The notes under the pieces: generated by a model
Told to the model about the DNA's origin: nothing
The model's input: only the letters and a program-made list of their open reading frames with translations
Database searches by the model: none
Translations under genes and position numbers: made by a program
Part shown: positions 59,967-64,000 of the stretch, piece after piece
Layout of the letters: every line of letters begins with the position of its first letter
Position numbering within the stretch: the first letter of the stretch is position 1
Source of the DNA: Anaeramoeba ignava BMAN
Lineage: Eukaryota > Protista > Anaeramoebae
Reading direction: 5' to 3'
Assembly (NCBI GenBank): GCA_028826165.1
Contig: JAPDFW010000125.1
Coordinates: 186,001-250,000, forward strand
Length of the DNA: 64,000 nt

Positions 59967-60259
59967 ATCAACAACAAAAAAAAAAACAAAAACAAGATCA
60001 AAATCAAAAACAAGATCAAAATCAAAATCAAAATCAAAGAAAAAAAAAACAAGAACAAGAAAAATTTTAATGTCAAATTTTGGTTTTTTTTTTTTTAATT
60101 TTTGTTTGACATTGAAAACAAAATTAATTTTTAAGAAAAATTTTTTGATCTAAAAAAATTCACTTTTTTTTTTTTTCTTTCTTTATCGATTCATTAAAAA
60201 AATCGAATAAAAACTTAAAAAAAAAACAATTTTAAAATAATAAAAATAATAAAAAAACA

Positions 60260-63022
<2,763 letters not shown>

Positions 63023-63049
63023 ATTTCTTTTTTTTTCTTTTCTTTTCTT

Positions 63050-63475
63050 TTCTGAATGAATTCCTTTTTTTTGATTGATTTCCTTTTTTTGAATGAATTC
63101 CTTTTTTTTGATTTGATTTCTTTTTTTTTGATTGAATTCCTTTTTTTTTGAATGAATTCCTTTTTTTGAATGAATTCCTTTTTTTGAATGAATTCCTTTT
63201 TTTGAATGAATTTCTTTTTTTGAATGAATTCCTTTTTTGAATGAATTCCTTTTTTTGAATGAATTTCTTTTTTTGAATGAATTCCTTTTTTTTGAATGAT
63301 TTTCTTTTTTTTGAATGAATTCCTTTTTTTGAATGAATTCCTTTTTTTGAATGAATTTCTTTTTTTTGATTGAATTCCTTTTTTTTGATTGAATTCCTTT
63401 TTTGAATGAATTTCTTTTTTGAATGAATTCCTTTTTTTGAATGAATTTCCTTTTTTTTGAATGAATTCCTTTTTT
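63050..63475 (+). repeat. Minisatellite GAATGAATTCC-T(n), ~18-21 nt unit, directly 3' of alpha-tubulin
   Basis: About 20 units with variable T-run length. Confidence 0.88.
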
Positions 63476-63655
63476 AATTTAATTTGATTTAATTTGAATT
63501 GAATTTGAAAATAAATAGATCTTCGAAATCTTTTAACAAAATTTTTTTATTAATTCTTTTAGAATTTTTCATAAAAAAATTTTTTTTAGCAATAATAGAT
63601 AAAAAGATAAAAAAATAAAGATAAAAATAAAGAAAAAAAAGAAGAAGAAGAATAA

Positions 63656-64000
63656 TTAAAAATCAACTAATTTATCAAGACGAGAAAGTTCGGAAATCAA
63701 AAAAGATTCATCTTGAGTTAAGGTATTAATTTTTGTGTTCAAATCTTTAACAATTTCTGAGTTCTGAGAATTAGCAATAAATTCTTCAAATTTTTTATTA
63801 GAATCAATAGATTCTTCAGATTCAATTTGTTCTTCAGAATGATTTTGTAAGTTTTCAACAAAATTTAAAATTTCGGGATTTATTGAGTTATTTAAATTAG
63901 AATTAGAATTAGAATTAGAATTGGAATTGGAATTAGGATTAGAATTAGGGACTTTGCTAAAGAAACTCATGCTCATCGATGGTCGAAGAGTTGCAAATCT
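63656..64000 (-). CDS. 3' end of an unknown gene entering from beyond the window
   Basis: Open frame from the window edge to stop 63656; N/S repeat followed by an acidic helical segment. Confidence 0.5.
   Translation of the reverse strand, partial: RFATLRPSMSMSFFSKVPNSNPNSNSNSNSNSNSNLNNSINPEILNFVENLQNHSEEQIESEESIDSNKKFEEFIANSQNSEIVKDLNTKINTLTQDESFLISELSRLDKLVDF

Noticed and set aside
63050-63475. CRISPR-like appearance of regularly spaced short repeats (also the 144/151/316-bp arrays)
   Set aside because: No unique spacers and no cas genes; eukaryotic context; these are plain tandem repeats.

Overview
Very AT-rich, gene-dense eukaryotic (protist) nuclear DNA using the standard code. I reconstructed about 26 protein genes and 29 GT-AG introns by hand. 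The poly-NQ/EN/SK coding repeats, RCC1-BTB and BTB-TLDc families and TCATTT motifs before start codons suggest an anaerobic metamonad amoeba such as Anaeramoeba; this is inference, not proven. Conserved genes: COMMD7, a GH5 endoglycoceramidase-like enzyme, SLC35F- and SLC35B-type transporters, an NSS/SLC6 symporter, ferroportin, V-ATPase subunit G, AP-2 alpha, WDR83, a Furry-like protein, a TPR protein, an HPS6-like protein and alpha-tubulin. The best candidate for an undescribed system is a tandemly duplicated ~2.7 kb head-to-head module (1-4680). It pairs an RCC1-propeller/BTB adaptor, whose copies differ mainly in the propeller loops, with an atypical, probably GTPase-dead Rho (DTHCD instead of DTAGQ) whose copies differ in interaction patches. 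Other notable items: three copies of an ankyrin-pseudokinase with microsatellite-encoded tails; a BC-box-like/Pol-beta nucleotidyltransferase gene whose intron is a 151-bp satellite; nucleosome-sized (144, 151, 316 bp) AT satellites; and introns each inflated by a different, largely AG-free, simple repeat. Most short ORFs in the supplied track are repeat or antisense artefacts. No rRNA, tRNA, CRISPR, transposase or intein was recognised.
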